Source of the DNA: an uncultured Planctomycetaceae bacterium
GTDB taxonomy: Bacteria; Planctomycetota; Planctomycetia; Pirellulales; PNKZ01
NCBI GenBank assembly: GCA_964652155.1
Contig: CAZZBK010000001.1
Span: forward strand, 61,095-125,094
Direction of reading: 5' to 3'
DNA length: 64,000 nucleotides
Each line of letters begins with the position of its first letter. Positions within the stretch are counted from its first letter, which is position 1. Made by a program: the position numbers and the translations under genes. Positions 44,801-54,295 of the stretch are shown here, piece after piece. The notes beneath the pieces were generated by a model. That model was not told the origin of the DNA and made no database searches. It saw nothing but the letters and a program-made list of their open reading frames with translations.

Positions 44801-46484
44801 CGCGCGGCAACTCGAAACCGCAGCGTGGGCGACGATCGCCTTGGACTCGGGTCGCGAGGCCAGCAATTTTAGCCGCCGCGATTTGGATCCGTGGAGCCAC
44901 CAGTGGACCACCACCGTCGATGGTCCCAGCGTGTACATGCATAATCGCTTCGCCATCAGTGCCTACACGCTCTCCGACGGCGCGCGGCTCTGGACTCGCA
45001 CCTTGGATAGCGAGCCCGCTCGAGCGCATGAGCGGCCGCTCGTGCCCTTCCGCACCGTGCTCGACGCGAAGCGGATTTTTGCCCGCCGACTGGTCACCAA
45101 CGGCCCCGAACTCGTATGCCTCGACCGCGCCAGTGGCGAGTTGCTCTGGCGCTCGCCGCGCGGGTTGATGGTCGTCAGCGACCCGGTGCTCTTCGGCGAT
45201 CTGGTGATTGCGGTGACCGTCACCCCTTCGCAGCAAGAGTCGGTCCAGGTCAGTCTGTCGACCTTCGAGTTGGCTACCGGTCGGCCCGCGCGACAGTATC
45301 CGCTGATGCTGTTGCGCGACGTCTGGAATAAAGAGTTGTCGTGTCAGTTGACGTTGGCCAACGACGCGCTCGTGGTGACCGGGGGTGGCTGCGTCATCGC
45401 CTGTGACCTGGATGGGCGATTACGCTGGCTGCGGCGACAAACCTGGCTCGGGGGCGTCACCGATCTGAATCAATCGCCCATTCCGTTTGAGCCCCCCGTG
45501 GTCGTTGACGGAGAACTGTTCGTCACGCAACCCGGCGTCCCCTCGGTGGCCTGCATCGAGTTGCGCTCAGGCAAGCTGCGTTGGCAACGGAGCGTGCCGG
45601 AGAGTTGGCGCTATTTACGACTCATCGCTGTGCAACAAGACACCGTCTACGCGCAGTCAGGCGACTCGCTGCTGGCCTTCGCTCAGGACGATGGTCGAGT
45701 GTTGTGGCAGCGTGCCCAGTCGGCGCTCGGCGCCACGGCGTCACTCGACTCGGCCGGGAATGTCTGGACGATGGAACTTGAATCGCTCGATCTGAAAGTG
45801 CAACGGCCGCGATTTGTGGCTCTCAATGGCCGCGATGGCCAACCGCTGGTCAGCCTAGCCGTCGAAGGACACTCGGGGGAGCGACCGACCCTGGGGCCGC
45901 TCTTCACCGCGCAAGGACGGTGCTGGGCCGCGGCCGGTGGGCCGCTGGCAGGCGCGGCCCCGCAAAAGATCGTCGAGCTTGTGCCGCGTGGCGAGCGGCC
46001 GGGCCACTCACTCGCCGACCCGGTGCCGTGGGTGTCGTACTCGATGCCGTTGGCCGACGCGCCGATCGCCGTGGCCGAGCAATGGTCGCTGCTGCAAACC
46101 GGCGGCGATCGAGAAAATCGTCCCGGCCGATTTACGAGCTGGAAAAACGAAACGAACCTGTTCGTGACCGTCGCCCCGGCCGAGCGCCCGGCGATCTGGA
46201 CTCGTGCTGTCGACGTCCCTCGTGCCGGCGAGGGGACCCTGTCGCTCAAAATTCGGGTCTCCAACCCGGGCCCGAAGCCGTGGCAGCTTGAGGTGCGTGC
46301 CAATGATCTGCCGCTGCAATCGTTCGCGGTGGAACCCAGCACGACGGGAGACAAAACGGTCGAACAACTTGTCGATTTGAGTGCGTTTGCCGGACAACGC
46401 GTGAATTTGTTCGTGACGCAACGCTGGCTGGCCGGGTCGGCCAGCGTGGCCTGGTGGAAAGAGCTGGAATGGGTCAAAAAATAA
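41772..46484 (+). CDS. Giant single-pass membrane protein with PQQ-like beta-propeller repeats; candidate anti-sigma/sensor partner of the upstream ECF sigma
   Basis: The 1570-aa ORF has no in-frame ATG before the TM helix (WAVLSVLLVLAGLASWFG, about 42037-42090). The candidate starts are TTG 41772 or TTG 41805; the latter overlaps the sigma stop as TTGA. It has PQQ/BamB-like repeats (DGARLWTRTLDS, SGELLWRSPRG, DGRLRWLRRQ, SGKLRWQRSV, DGRVLWQRAQS). Confidence 0.7.
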   Translation: MLGPKDGKERRLTDDELICLLAETPLDELSVEQIELLRVRSACSAEVHAALLSQLQFDEVAHASLGRVEVRTVDIYALADRTRRRLRRWAVLSVLLVLAGLASWFGSRQEHEQPPIVAVPSPERPLPTIDTTPSTVVVPPPTPALDPLASKTPAVVPDEGTEKVPLASPKPADDEPWLAALRGPEQSFEQVAYSAAPSAAKQASQGAQIARWFEPIGKGRTALEAIRDGSRRLAMYDTNRLRAPWSSGYALRIAFAPSRAPNWLYLWQGTRGVAFEYDERAASSWAAYQVQRKPGDLEPNVFAFHGHDGDRFRRQYGGVIELRYQQGRVVLSSGDILLSAIDMPQAPTEIVLNSPGNRVPLAITGIELVKSAPFPEHKLPKLAAPVAPQPIDLTWHTTLLGNAKFHKEPDGSVTLSAENLDQPVMVWGTPSTPTLGQCTLCIEGVDPGTGVFVGDEQAKRMLAVGVFSHRRSREPLLILSRLGETTTETEPAIDQQPLPWLGPRQWLRFTSALGGMRVQTSVDGLHWGDGFDGRLDQNCPVQAVGLQINRGKSARQIRLRHVAWQPFTALEQLAPPQYAPQFSQLDEHKDLGSWYSTMLATQPEGLEQVAWRAACAVHTLRVAQTLELRREIWSALLKSVTNGSYDARQRRALLTELSWFVPVSGGTPAREWLDALERSCALAWRQGEPRPYTLLHDILSETPGSAWFIDVSMPGATLAQQEILEQVLAARWDEAADSIRLIRWATTDGLERRFSFIRSPLPKLLNWADALVSRQRQQGETNVAVPSNWRHPLIEQLGKEGYNTLAELEAAVASEAFKDAGQIMSTIAPKQLASLVPDTHDSECFITLPVVVERLVADHPRLSESLQREFGNLAEVRLRQAISDGDVELVTAVTTQFHGTPAAAEAWLWLGDRHLAIGQLAQSESCFKAARRGAVDPSAAAIEARLRLVAAMLGKPSTTTVRTRVRLNDVEFSPGEFEQLVREAAAHVPAASTESTPRGWAAGLDPRWFTARQLETAAWATIALDSGREASNFSRRDLDPWSHQWTTTVDGPSVYMHNRFAISAYTLSDGARLWTRTLDSEPARAHERPLVPFRTVLDAKRIFARRLVTNGPELVCLDRASGELLWRSPRGLMVVSDPVLFGDLVIAVTVTPSQQESVQVSLSTFELATGRPARQYPLMLLRDVWNKELSCQLTLANDALVVTGGGCVIACDLDGRLRWLRRQTWLGGVTDLNQSPIPFEPPVVVDGELFVTQPGVPSVACIELRSGKLRWQRSVPESWRYLRLIAVQQDTVYAQSGDSLLAFAQDDGRVLWQRAQSALGATASLDSAGNVWTMELESLDLKVQRPRFVALNGRDGQPLVSLAVEGHSGERPTLGPLFTAQGRCWAAAGGPLAGAAPQKIVELVPRGERPGHSLADPVPWVSYSMPLADAPIAVAEQWSLLQTGGDRENRPGRFTSWKNETNLFVTVAPAERPAIWTRAVDVPRAGEGTLSLKIRVSNPGPKPWQLEVRANDLPLQSFAVEPSTTGDKTVEQLVDLSAFAGQRVNLFVTQRWLAGSASVAWWKELEWVKK

Positions 46485-46536
46485 TCCGGCTCCGGGGCCC
46501 TGCACGCCGCGCAGCGACTGTCGGCAAACGGTTACA

Positions 46537-47718
46537 ATGGTCAGACGCATGAACAGTTCAATCACCTCATCGCCGAATGCTCTCTCACGCCGGACGTGGC
46601 TTGCCGCGCTCTCGTCGCTGGTCGCGCCGGCTTGTCTGCCCCGAACGGCTCAGGCCGAGGGGCCTTGGGAGACCACCGCCGAGAGCGAAGCCGCACTCGA
46701 ACGCGGTCTGCGCTGGCTCGCTCGCAATCAGGGACCGCAGGGGAATTGGACCAGCGAAGACCTGGGACTCGTGAGTATGGGGGTGCTCGCATTTCTGTCG
46801 GCCGGTCATGGGCCCGGCCGGGGTGAGTTCGGCGAGACCATCCGCCGCGCCATCGACTACGTGCTGCGACACGCGAAGGCCTCGGGCTTGTTGAACATCA
46901 CGGGCGACCAACGCGACATGTACAATCATGGCCTGGCGACGTTTGTCCTCGGCCAGGCGCATGGCATGACCGGCGACCCACGCATTGGCGCGGTGCTTGA
47001 TCGGGCGCTCAAGCTGATTGCCAGCACGCAGTGTGACGACGGCGGCTGGGATTACCGCGCCAAGCGGTTACCGGCCGGGCACGATTTAAGCTTGGCCGTC
47101 ATGCAGGCCAAGGCGCTGCGCAGTGCCCTGGACAGTGGCCTTGAGGTGCCTCCGGAAGTGGTGTCGGCCGCAATCAAAGGGGTTCGCGATCATTATCACT
47201 CTCCCAAGGCCGGGCGTACGGCCGACGAAGCGACCCTCCGCAATTTGCCAGGGCAGTTCCATTACGGTCGTCACGGCGGCGGCGGTGCCACGATCGCAAT
47301 GGCGGCCTGCGGCGTCGTGTGCCTGCAGGAGTTTGGTCAGTACGACGACTGGCGCATCGGCAAGAACATGGATGTCATCACCAAAGCCATTGACGACGCG
47401 AAGGTCCGCGCCAACACGGGCGAGATGCCCTTCGACGCCTATACGCTCTACTACGTGGGCCAGGCCCTCTATCAGGTTGGCGGCAAGACCTGGAACACAC
47501 ACTACACGAAGCTCCGCGACAGCCTGGTCACCGGTCAGATTCGCGATCCCAAAGACCCGCTGCGCGACGGTGGCTGGCACGACAATAAACGTGTGAGTGG
47601 CAAGCCGGGGGACCTGTACGCCACGAGCGTCGCCTGTTTTATTCTCGCCATTCCGAACCGATATCTGCCCATCTTGCAAGAGGGGCGAATCGACAGCTTA
47701 AAGAGACAATTTCAGTAA
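46537..47718 (+). CDS. Secreted prenyltransferase/squalene-oxidase-repeat (terpenoid-cyclase-fold) protein
   Basis: It has a signal peptide (RRTWLAALSSLVAPACLPRTAQA) and repeats of the type ALERGLRWLARNQGPQGNWTSE, STQCDDGGWDYR and RDGGWHDN. Confidence 0.65.
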   Translation: MVRRMNSSITSSPNALSRRTWLAALSSLVAPACLPRTAQAEGPWETTAESEAALERGLRWLARNQGPQGNWTSEDLGLVSMGVLAFLSAGHGPGRGEFGETIRRAIDYVLRHAKASGLLNITGDQRDMYNHGLATFVLGQAHGMTGDPRIGAVLDRALKLIASTQCDDGGWDYRAKRLPAGHDLSLAVMQAKALRSALDSGLEVPPEVVSAAIKGVRDHYHSPKAGRTADEATLRNLPGQFHYGRHGGGGATIAMAACGVVCLQEFGQYDDWRIGKNMDVITKAIDDAKVRANTGEMPFDAYTLYYVGQALYQVGGKTWNTHYTKLRDSLVTGQIRDPKDPLRDGGWHDNKRVSGKPGDLYATSVACFILAIPNRYLPILQEGRIDSLKRQFQ

Positions 47719-47736
47719 TTTGCGGACGGTTGTTTG

Positions 47737-50169
47737 ATGTTGCAGTTTGTTGCCGCCAGTTTTGCTGCCGCCGGAGCGATGGCTGCCGTTGCGCCGGTGA
47801 TCATTCACCTGCTCAATCGGCGCCGCTACCGGACTGTCCATTGGGCAGCCATGGACTTTCTGCGACATGCCGTGCAGCGTAAAAGCCGCCGCTTGAAATT
47901 ACGCGACCTGTTACTGTTGCTGTTGCGCGTCGCTTGCGTGTTGCTGTTCGCGTTCGCGCTCGCACGCCCCTACTGGTCCAGTCATTCCCTCTCCGGGGTC
48001 GATCAGCCGGTGCATGCCATCGTCGTGGTCGACAACAGCCTGAGCATGGCCTACCAGCGTCTCGGAGGCTCGTTGCTCGACGAGGCCAAGGCCCGCATCC
48101 GCGCGTTGGTCGAAAATTTGCCGCGCGGTAGCGCGGTGAGCTTGCTACCGGCGTGCGCGTTCGATGACCAGATCGTGCTCGACCCCTACCGCAACATCGA
48201 CGATCTGCACGAGGCGCTCGCGCTGATCAACGTCGTCGATCAGCAGCTCGACATGTCACGCGTCATCGAGTTGGCCCACGCCGCGGCCGATCGCGCTCCG
48301 GAGCTGCTGAACAAACGGGTCGTGGTGTTCGGCGATCAGCAACAACTCAACTTTCGAGCGATCTCGGGGGACTCGACCGCAGGGGCGCAGGGCGCCTGGG
48401 GTAAACTGCATGATGTGCGACTCGTCAGCATTCGGCCCGAGCAAGTCGACAACGCTTGGGTTGCCGAACTGCGGCTGCTCGACGCACTGGCCGACGTGAA
48501 CACCGACAGCACGATCACGGCCACGATTCGTTACGAGGGGCCGAGTGACCGCTTCGGAACGCCCGTCTCGCTGAGCGTCGACAACGTCCCGGTAGGCAGC
48601 CAAACGATCGACCTCAAGCCTGGGCAGACGCAAAAGCTGTACTTCACCCACCGTTTTGATTTGCCCATCGAGCCGGGCGAGGTCGCGTACGCCACGGTGT
48701 CGGTTTCGTTGGGCGAGGACCGTTTGAGTGACGACGATCGCCGCGCGGTGGTCGTGCCGGTCGTGTCGCGTTGGCCGATCGTGTTCGTCGACCAATACGG
48801 CGAGGCGCAAGAATCGCCCGAGAACAACCTGCTCGGCGAGACGCTTCGTTGGCGGCGTTACCTCATGGCCGACAGCTCGAGTGACGCGCCCAGCGAAAAA
48901 GCGCGCATGAAGCACATGACGGTCGGACAGCTCGACCGCGACGCGCTAAAGTACGCGCGGATGGTGGTCTTGGCGGGGGTGGAAAATGTCACGCCGTCGG
49001 TCGTTGAATTGCTGCGTGATTACGTCGAACAGGGAGGCCAATTGCTGATCGCCACGGGGGGGCGTTTTGACCCCGCCGCCTGGCAAGCCACCGCTTGGCG
49101 TGATGGCGACGGCATTTTGCCCTTGCCGCTCGACAGTCGCTGGGAAGGGGTGACGCTCGACGAAGACCCGCTGCGCGTGGCCCCCTTTCAGCTCGATGAA
49201 CGCTCGCTGACGCACGATTTGTTCCAGTTCGAGGATCAGCTCAACACGGCCGACGCCAATGACTTGACCGGCGTACTGTTTTTCAAAACCGCCGTCGTGC
49301 TAGACGCCCTCGATGCCTGGCAAGGCTGGAAGCAACGCGAGGACGAACGCCGCGCGAAGAGCAAGGAGCCCACCACGACCGACCCCGCGACGCCCCTGGT
49401 CGCGGTGCCGACTAGCTGGCTCGCCTGGCGTGATGAGCTCAACGGCTCACAGGCGACGCAGTCCAAGCTGCCGGAGCACGACACCTCGTGGCATCCCGAG
49501 GTGCTGGCGCGGTTCACCAACGGCTTGCCCTTCGCGGCGCAGCGACGCATAGGCCAAGGCCGGGTCGTGTTCATGGCCAGCGGCGTGCAGCCTAATTGGA
49601 ACACGCTCATGACGGGCTACGGTGCGGTGCTGTTCGACCGAATGGTGCGAGAGTCGATCGATCGCACCTTGCCGCGCCGCAACTTAGCGCCGACGGAGCT
49701 GGTCCAGTTGCCGATTGCGGCCCGTGACCGCGCGTTGCGACTCACGCTGTCAACCCCTGACCGCCGCGAGTTGCCTCTGTGGGTCGACGCGACCGGCGAG
49801 AGCAGCTTTGCCATTGCGGTGCGGCACCTCGATCAGCGCGGCATCTACCGCCTGCGGGCGTATCGCGATACCGAACCGCTGCGCGAGAACACGCCGGCTT
49901 GGACCCTGCCGCTGGCCATTCAGGGGCCGGCCGCCGAGTCGGAATTGCGTTACTTGAATGAAGGAGGCTTTGCGCAGCGATTTGCTCAAAGCGAGGCCTC
50001 GTGGCACGAGGCGGATGACCCCTTGCAGTGGAGCACCGGGGGGGCACGCGGCCACAACTGGTGGCGCGTCCTGCTCGCGCTGACCATGCTGGGGCTCATC
50101 GGTGAGTTTGGGCTGGTCAACCTGGCCGGTCGACCCGAGCCGGTCAAGTCGAGCGAGGACCGGTCATGA
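47737..50169 (+). CDS. BatA-N (N-terminal double-TM) plus vWA-domain membrane protein
   Basis: The N-terminus MLQFVAASFAAAGAMAAVAPVIIHLLNRRRYR and the second TM are typical of the aerotolerance BatA N-terminal domain. It has the MIDAS motif VVVDNSLSM and a C-terminal TM helix. I used the ATG at 47737; the track starts at TTG 47734. Confidence 0.8.
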   Translation: MLQFVAASFAAAGAMAAVAPVIIHLLNRRRYRTVHWAAMDFLRHAVQRKSRRLKLRDLLLLLLRVACVLLFAFALARPYWSSHSLSGVDQPVHAIVVVDNSLSMAYQRLGGSLLDEAKARIRALVENLPRGSAVSLLPACAFDDQIVLDPYRNIDDLHEALALINVVDQQLDMSRVIELAHAAADRAPELLNKRVVVFGDQQQLNFRAISGDSTAGAQGAWGKLHDVRLVSIRPEQVDNAWVAELRLLDALADVNTDSTITATIRYEGPSDRFGTPVSLSVDNVPVGSQTIDLKPGQTQKLYFTHRFDLPIEPGEVAYATVSVSLGEDRLSDDDRRAVVVPVVSRWPIVFVDQYGEAQESPENNLLGETLRWRRYLMADSSSDAPSEKARMKHMTVGQLDRDALKYARMVVLAGVENVTPSVVELLRDYVEQGGQLLIATGGRFDPAAWQATAWRDGDGILPLPLDSRWEGVTLDEDPLRVAPFQLDERSLTHDLFQFEDQLNTADANDLTGVLFFKTAVVLDALDAWQGWKQREDERRAKSKEPTTTDPATPLVAVPTSWLAWRDELNGSQATQSKLPEHDTSWHPEVLARFTNGLPFAAQRRIGQGRVVFMASGVQPNWNTLMTGYGAVLFDRMVRESIDRTLPRRNLAPTELVQLPIAARDRALRLTLSTPDRRELPLWVDATGESSFAIAVRHLDQRGIYRLRAYRDTEPLRENTPAWTLPLAIQGPAAESELRYLNEGGFAQRFAQSEASWHEADDPLQWSTGGARGHNWWRVLLALTMLGLIGEFGLVNLAGRPEPVKSSEDRS

Positions 50170-52628
50170 ACTTCACCGACGTGTTGGGACGCCTGCTCGG
50201 CTTGCCGCAACTCGGCAGTGTCGAGCAGTACGACTGGCAATTTGAAGCCGCCTGGGCGCAGCAGCATCCCATGTTGCTGCTGGTCGGTTGCCTGGCGCTG
50301 GTGGCGCTCACGGTGCGGTTTTATCGGCGCTATCAGGCCATCAAGTCTCCGCTGTGGCGGTTCACGCTGCCGCTGTTTCGCAGTCTGCTCTTGTGTCTGC
50401 TGCTGGTCGTCCTGGCCGAACCCACGCTGACGCTGCATATCGTCCGGCAGGCCCGCCCACTGCTGTGTGTGTTGTTCGACGGTTCGCAAAGCATGTCGAT
50501 CGTCGATCATCTCGAAGAACAGCAGCGTCGCGCGCTCGACGCGTCGCTCGGTCGTCGCGAGCCCTCCTCGACTCCCGTAAAGCGCATCGACGACGTGCGG
50601 GCGTTGGTCGACCAGGCGGACAAGAATGTGTTCCGCGAACTCAATAAGCGCTTCCGGCTGCGGGCGTTCTCGTTCGACCGCCCCGACGCACTGCGCGCCT
50701 TGCCGTTGGGGCCCGACGACGAAACGCAACTCGACACGGCGCGGCTTGCCGATCAGTTGCGGAGCGATGGCACGGTGACCGGCTTGGGGGGCGCGCTCAC
50801 CGAACTGCTCCAGCAACATGGCACGCGGCAACTCGCCGGGGTCGTCGTGGTCAGCGATTTCGATCAGAACGCGGGCCCGCCCGCCTTGGGCGCGGTGCGC
50901 GAGTTGGGCGTGCCGGTGCACACGATCGGCGTGGGGCCTGACAAAGCGCTCGACATCGCCGTCGACTTGCAAGCTCCGCCGCTCATGAAGAAGGGAGAGA
51001 ACTCGGCGCTCACGGTCAGTTTGCGTCGCACCGGCTATGAAGACCGGCAGGTTGAACTGCGGATTGTCGCTCGACCGCTCGAAAGCGGCGGAGCCAGCGT
51101 CGACAGCACGCTGGTGCGTCGCATGGTGTCGCTGCGCGACGAGTTGACGCTGATCGAAATTCCGCACACGCCCAACGAGACAGGCCGCTTTGCGTTTGCC
51201 GCCGAGGTCGCGCCGCTCGATGGCGAAGTGGTCACCGACAACAATCGCGCCGAACGCGAAGTGAACATCCGCGACGACTTTCTCCGCCTGTTGTTTGTCG
51301 AGAATGAGCCGACCTGGGAATGGCGGTTCGTCAAGGAGGTGTTCCATCGCGACCCGCTGGTGGGCGTCAACGGCTTCCGCACGTTCCTCCGCTCGGCCGA
51401 CCCCAAAGTGCGGCAGCTCAACGCGCTCTTCCTGCCCACGCTGGCCGCGCAGCGCAAAGAATTCTTTGCCAACGACGTGATCTTTTTGGGCGATTTGCCA
51501 GCCAACTCGTTGAGCAAGCGGTTCTGTGACTGGGTCGAGGAATTCGTCAGCGACTTTGGTGGCGGGCTGGTCGTCATTACCGGCCCGAACCATGGTGGCC
51601 ACGCGATCGCCACCTCGCCGCTGGCCGATCTGCTGCCGATCGTGTACGCCGACGGGCCGGGCGTGAGCGACGCGAAACCGTTCACGCCGCGGCTCACCAC
51701 GCTCGCCGGTCAATATCCGTTCATGCAAATCGGCGAGGGGAGCCAAAGCCCAACGCAGGCCTGGAGCAATCTGGGGCCGTTGCCCTGGTATCAGCGTGCG
51801 GCGCGCGTGCGGCCCAACGCCACCGTGCTCCTCGAGCACCCGACCGACAAGTGCGACGACGGCAAAACACCCGAACCGCTCATTGCCGTGCGTCGTTACG
51901 GCCGCGGCGAGGTCGTGTACGTCGCCTTCAATGAGATGTGGCGGTTGCGACGCAAGCACGGCGAGTTGTACTACCGACAATTCTGGGGACAGATGATTCA
52001 TCACCTGGGCTTGAGTCATGCCCTCGGCGAGCAAAAGCGGTTCGTGGTCCGCACCGATCGGCAACGCTATCAGGTCGACGATGCCGTGCAGATCACGATC
52101 GAGGCCTATGACGAGAATTATTCGCCGTTGGTGGCCAAGTTGGCGAATCGACAATTGCAGGCCGAACTGATCCCTCCCGCTCCGGAAGGCGCGGCACCGG
52201 CGCTCGACACGGCCCATCCGCTTAACACGCCGACCAAGGGGGGCGAACCGCTCTCGATCGCCGCCTCACGCGATGCCCTGTTCGAAACGCAGGTCAAAGC
52301 CTTGGCGCCGGGCACGTATCGCCTGCGGGTCCGCGATCCGATCGCCGATCAATTCATCGAGACGAGTTTTGTCGTCGCGCATCGCAGCGTCGAGCAGCGG
52401 AGCGCCGTGCGAAACACGCTATTGCAAGATCAGATCGCCCAGGCGTCGGGGGGCAAAAGCCTCGCGCTCGCCGACGCCCATCGCTTGAATGACGAGCTCA
52501 GCGCCGTCGCCCAGCAAGAAACAAACATTCGCATCCTGCCCCTTTGGAACACCTGGCTGGTCTTCTCACTCGTCGTGGGATTGATGGTCGTGGAGTGGGG
52601 CGTTCGCAAATGGATCAACCTGCCATGA
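50166..52628 (+). CDS. vWA-domain membrane protein (BatB-like)
   Basis: It has an ATGA overlap with the upstream gene (50166-50169), two N-terminal TM helices, the MIDAS-like VLFDGSQSMS, and a C-terminal TM helix (LWNTWLVFSLVVGLMVVEWG). Confidence 0.75.
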   Translation: MNFTDVLGRLLGLPQLGSVEQYDWQFEAAWAQQHPMLLLVGCLALVALTVRFYRRYQAIKSPLWRFTLPLFRSLLLCLLLVVLAEPTLTLHIVRQARPLLCVLFDGSQSMSIVDHLEEQQRRALDASLGRREPSSTPVKRIDDVRALVDQADKNVFRELNKRFRLRAFSFDRPDALRALPLGPDDETQLDTARLADQLRSDGTVTGLGGALTELLQQHGTRQLAGVVVVSDFDQNAGPPALGAVRELGVPVHTIGVGPDKALDIAVDLQAPPLMKKGENSALTVSLRRTGYEDRQVELRIVARPLESGGASVDSTLVRRMVSLRDELTLIEIPHTPNETGRFAFAAEVAPLDGEVVTDNNRAEREVNIRDDFLRLLFVENEPTWEWRFVKEVFHRDPLVGVNGFRTFLRSADPKVRQLNALFLPTLAAQRKEFFANDVIFLGDLPANSLSKRFCDWVEEFVSDFGGGLVVITGPNHGGHAIATSPLADLLPIVYADGPGVSDAKPFTPRLTTLAGQYPFMQIGEGSQSPTQAWSNLGPLPWYQRAARVRPNATVLLEHPTDKCDDGKTPEPLIAVRRYGRGEVVYVAFNEMWRLRRKHGELYYRQFWGQMIHHLGLSHALGEQKRFVVRTDRQRYQVDDAVQITIEAYDENYSPLVAKLANRQLQAELIPPAPEGAAPALDTAHPLNTPTKGGEPLSIAASRDALFETQVKALAPGTYRLRVRDPIADQFIETSFVVAHRSVEQRSAVRNTLLQDQIAQASGGKSLALADAHRLNDELSAVAQQETNIRILPLWNTWLVFSLVVGLMVVEWGVRKWINLP

Positions 52629-54295
52629 GTCAACTGTCACCGTTGCATGAGCGTTTGCAAGCCATCGGCGCGCATCGACATCGGGCGCGTGCGCTCGTGG
52701 CCTACGGCGTGCTCGCTTGGTCCGCCGCGCTCGGGTTGCTGGTCTGGTTCGCGCTCGATTGGCAGCAACGCTTGCAACGCGGCGATCGCGCTCTGCTCAG
52801 CGTCTTGCTCGTCGGTTGGGTCGTGTGGTCTTTTCGCCGCTGGGGAGCCGCCTGGCTCAAGCCCCAGGAGAGCGAAGTCGACATCGCGCTGTGGGTCGAA
52901 CAGCGCTCGCATATCGAGAACGATCTGGTCGCCGCGCTGCAGTTCGATGCCCCCGTCGCGGCTCGCTGGGGTTCCATGCAATTGCAAGGGGCGGTCATCG
53001 ATCGGGCCGCGACACTCCGCCCCGCCACCGCTTGGGCCGACAGTTGTCACGGGATCCCGTACCGAGCGTATGGCGCGGCGTGGTTGGCCCTCGCCGCATT
53101 GGTGCTGGCGACGTGTTTGTTCTTCCCGGGGCATGTCCAGGCGTTGTTTTGGCGACTGCTGGGGGCCAGCGCCCCGTATCCGACCGAGACCCGGCTGGTC
53201 GAAATTCGTGTCGATGAGCATCGCGTGCTGGCGGAGTTGAACGCGGCCGATGACATTCGCGTGCCATTTGGCTCAGCGCCACGGTTGTCGGTGACGGTCT
53301 CGGGTCGCATCCCCGCGACAGGTCACGCGACCATTCAAAGCACGACCGACGGCAGTCGACGCACGGTCGAGTTACTCCCTCGTGTGGCCGACGATGATAC
53401 GGCCTTTCATGCCGAGTTGCCGCGATTTGTCGAGGACGTGCTGCTAAGCCTTTCGCTGGGAGACGCCTACCGCGAACCGTTCTTGGTGCGCGTCATGCCG
53501 CTGCCGGTCGTTACGTTGCAAACGCTCATCGAGGCACCGGACTATGTGGCCGCCACCGCTGCGGCGACCGAGGCGGCCACCCAGACACAGCAAGCCACGG
53601 TGCTTGAAGGAAGCCGCGTGACGTTGGAAATACATTGCCGCAACAAGGCTTTGCGCAGCGCTCAAGCCACCATCGGCGAGCAGGTGTTTGCCCTCCACAG
53701 CCGAGACGACTCGCGGCGGACCTGGTACCTCCCCCCCGACAACACCCCGTTTGCGGCGGTCGAGTCGCATCTTCCCTATCAGATCGACGTGATCGATAGC
53801 GACGGCCTGTCACTCGATCAGCCGCTGCAAGGCTCGCTCAGGGTGCGAGCCGACCTGCCCCCCCGCGTCCGGGCCTCGCTGGTCAGCCAGCTCGTGCTCC
53901 CCTCGGCGAAACCTATTGTACGATACGAGGTTATGGACGATCATGGAGTCGCCGAGATCCAGCTACATTGCCAGGTGGTGCGCGACGACGAGCCAGGACA
54001 AGAAATCACTTTGCCCGTAACCTGGGATCGGCAACAGCCAATTCAAGTTAAAGGTAAGCAGTCGGTCGACCTGTCGGCCCTCAAGTTGAAAAAGGGAGAT
54101 CAGGTGCGGCTGATCGTTGCGGCCCGTGACGATCGTGGCGCGCGCAGCGGCAAGGTGGCCGAGAGCGAGACGCTGTTGGTGCGGGTCACCGACCGGAGCG
54201 GAGTCTTGGCGGCGATTGGCGAGACCGACGAACGGTCCGCTCGGCAGATGGAACAAATCATTCAACGGCAGTTGGGTCAAGGAGACACGCCATGA
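52625..54295 (+). CDS. Membrane protein of the Bat-like cluster, function unknown
   Basis: I placed the start at MSQLSPLHERLQ, which forms an ATGA overlap with the upstream stop (52625-52628). It has three hydrophobic helices near the N-terminus and then a beta-rich domain of about 350 aa. Confidence 0.6.
   Translation: MSQLSPLHERLQAIGAHRHRARALVAYGVLAWSAALGLLVWFALDWQQRLQRGDRALLSVLLVGWVVWSFRRWGAAWLKPQESEVDIALWVEQRSHIENDLVAALQFDAPVAARWGSMQLQGAVIDRAATLRPATAWADSCHGIPYRAYGAAWLALAALVLATCLFFPGHVQALFWRLLGASAPYPTETRLVEIRVDEHRVLAELNAADDIRVPFGSAPRLSVTVSGRIPATGHATIQSTTDGSRRTVELLPRVADDDTAFHAELPRFVEDVLLSLSLGDAYREPFLVRVMPLPVVTLQTLIEAPDYVAATAAATEAATQTQQATVLEGSRVTLEIHCRNKALRSAQATIGEQVFALHSRDDSRRTWYLPPDNTPFAAVESHLPYQIDVIDSDGLSLDQPLQGSLRVRADLPPRVRASLVSQLVLPSAKPIVRYEVMDDHGVAEIQLHCQVVRDDEPGQEITLPVTWDRQQPIQVKGKQSVDLSALKLKKGDQVRLIVAARDDRGARSGKVAESETLLVRVTDRSGVLAAIGETDERSARQMEQIIQRQLGQGDTP

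Noticed and set aside
49986-52217. A 743-aa ORF on the minus strand, antisense to the vWA membrane protein gene
   Set aside because: It is Arg/Gly/Ala/His-rich with no recognisable motif. It lies exactly opposite a gene with TM helices, a MIDAS motif and ATGA coupling. This is a typical high-GC shadow ORF.
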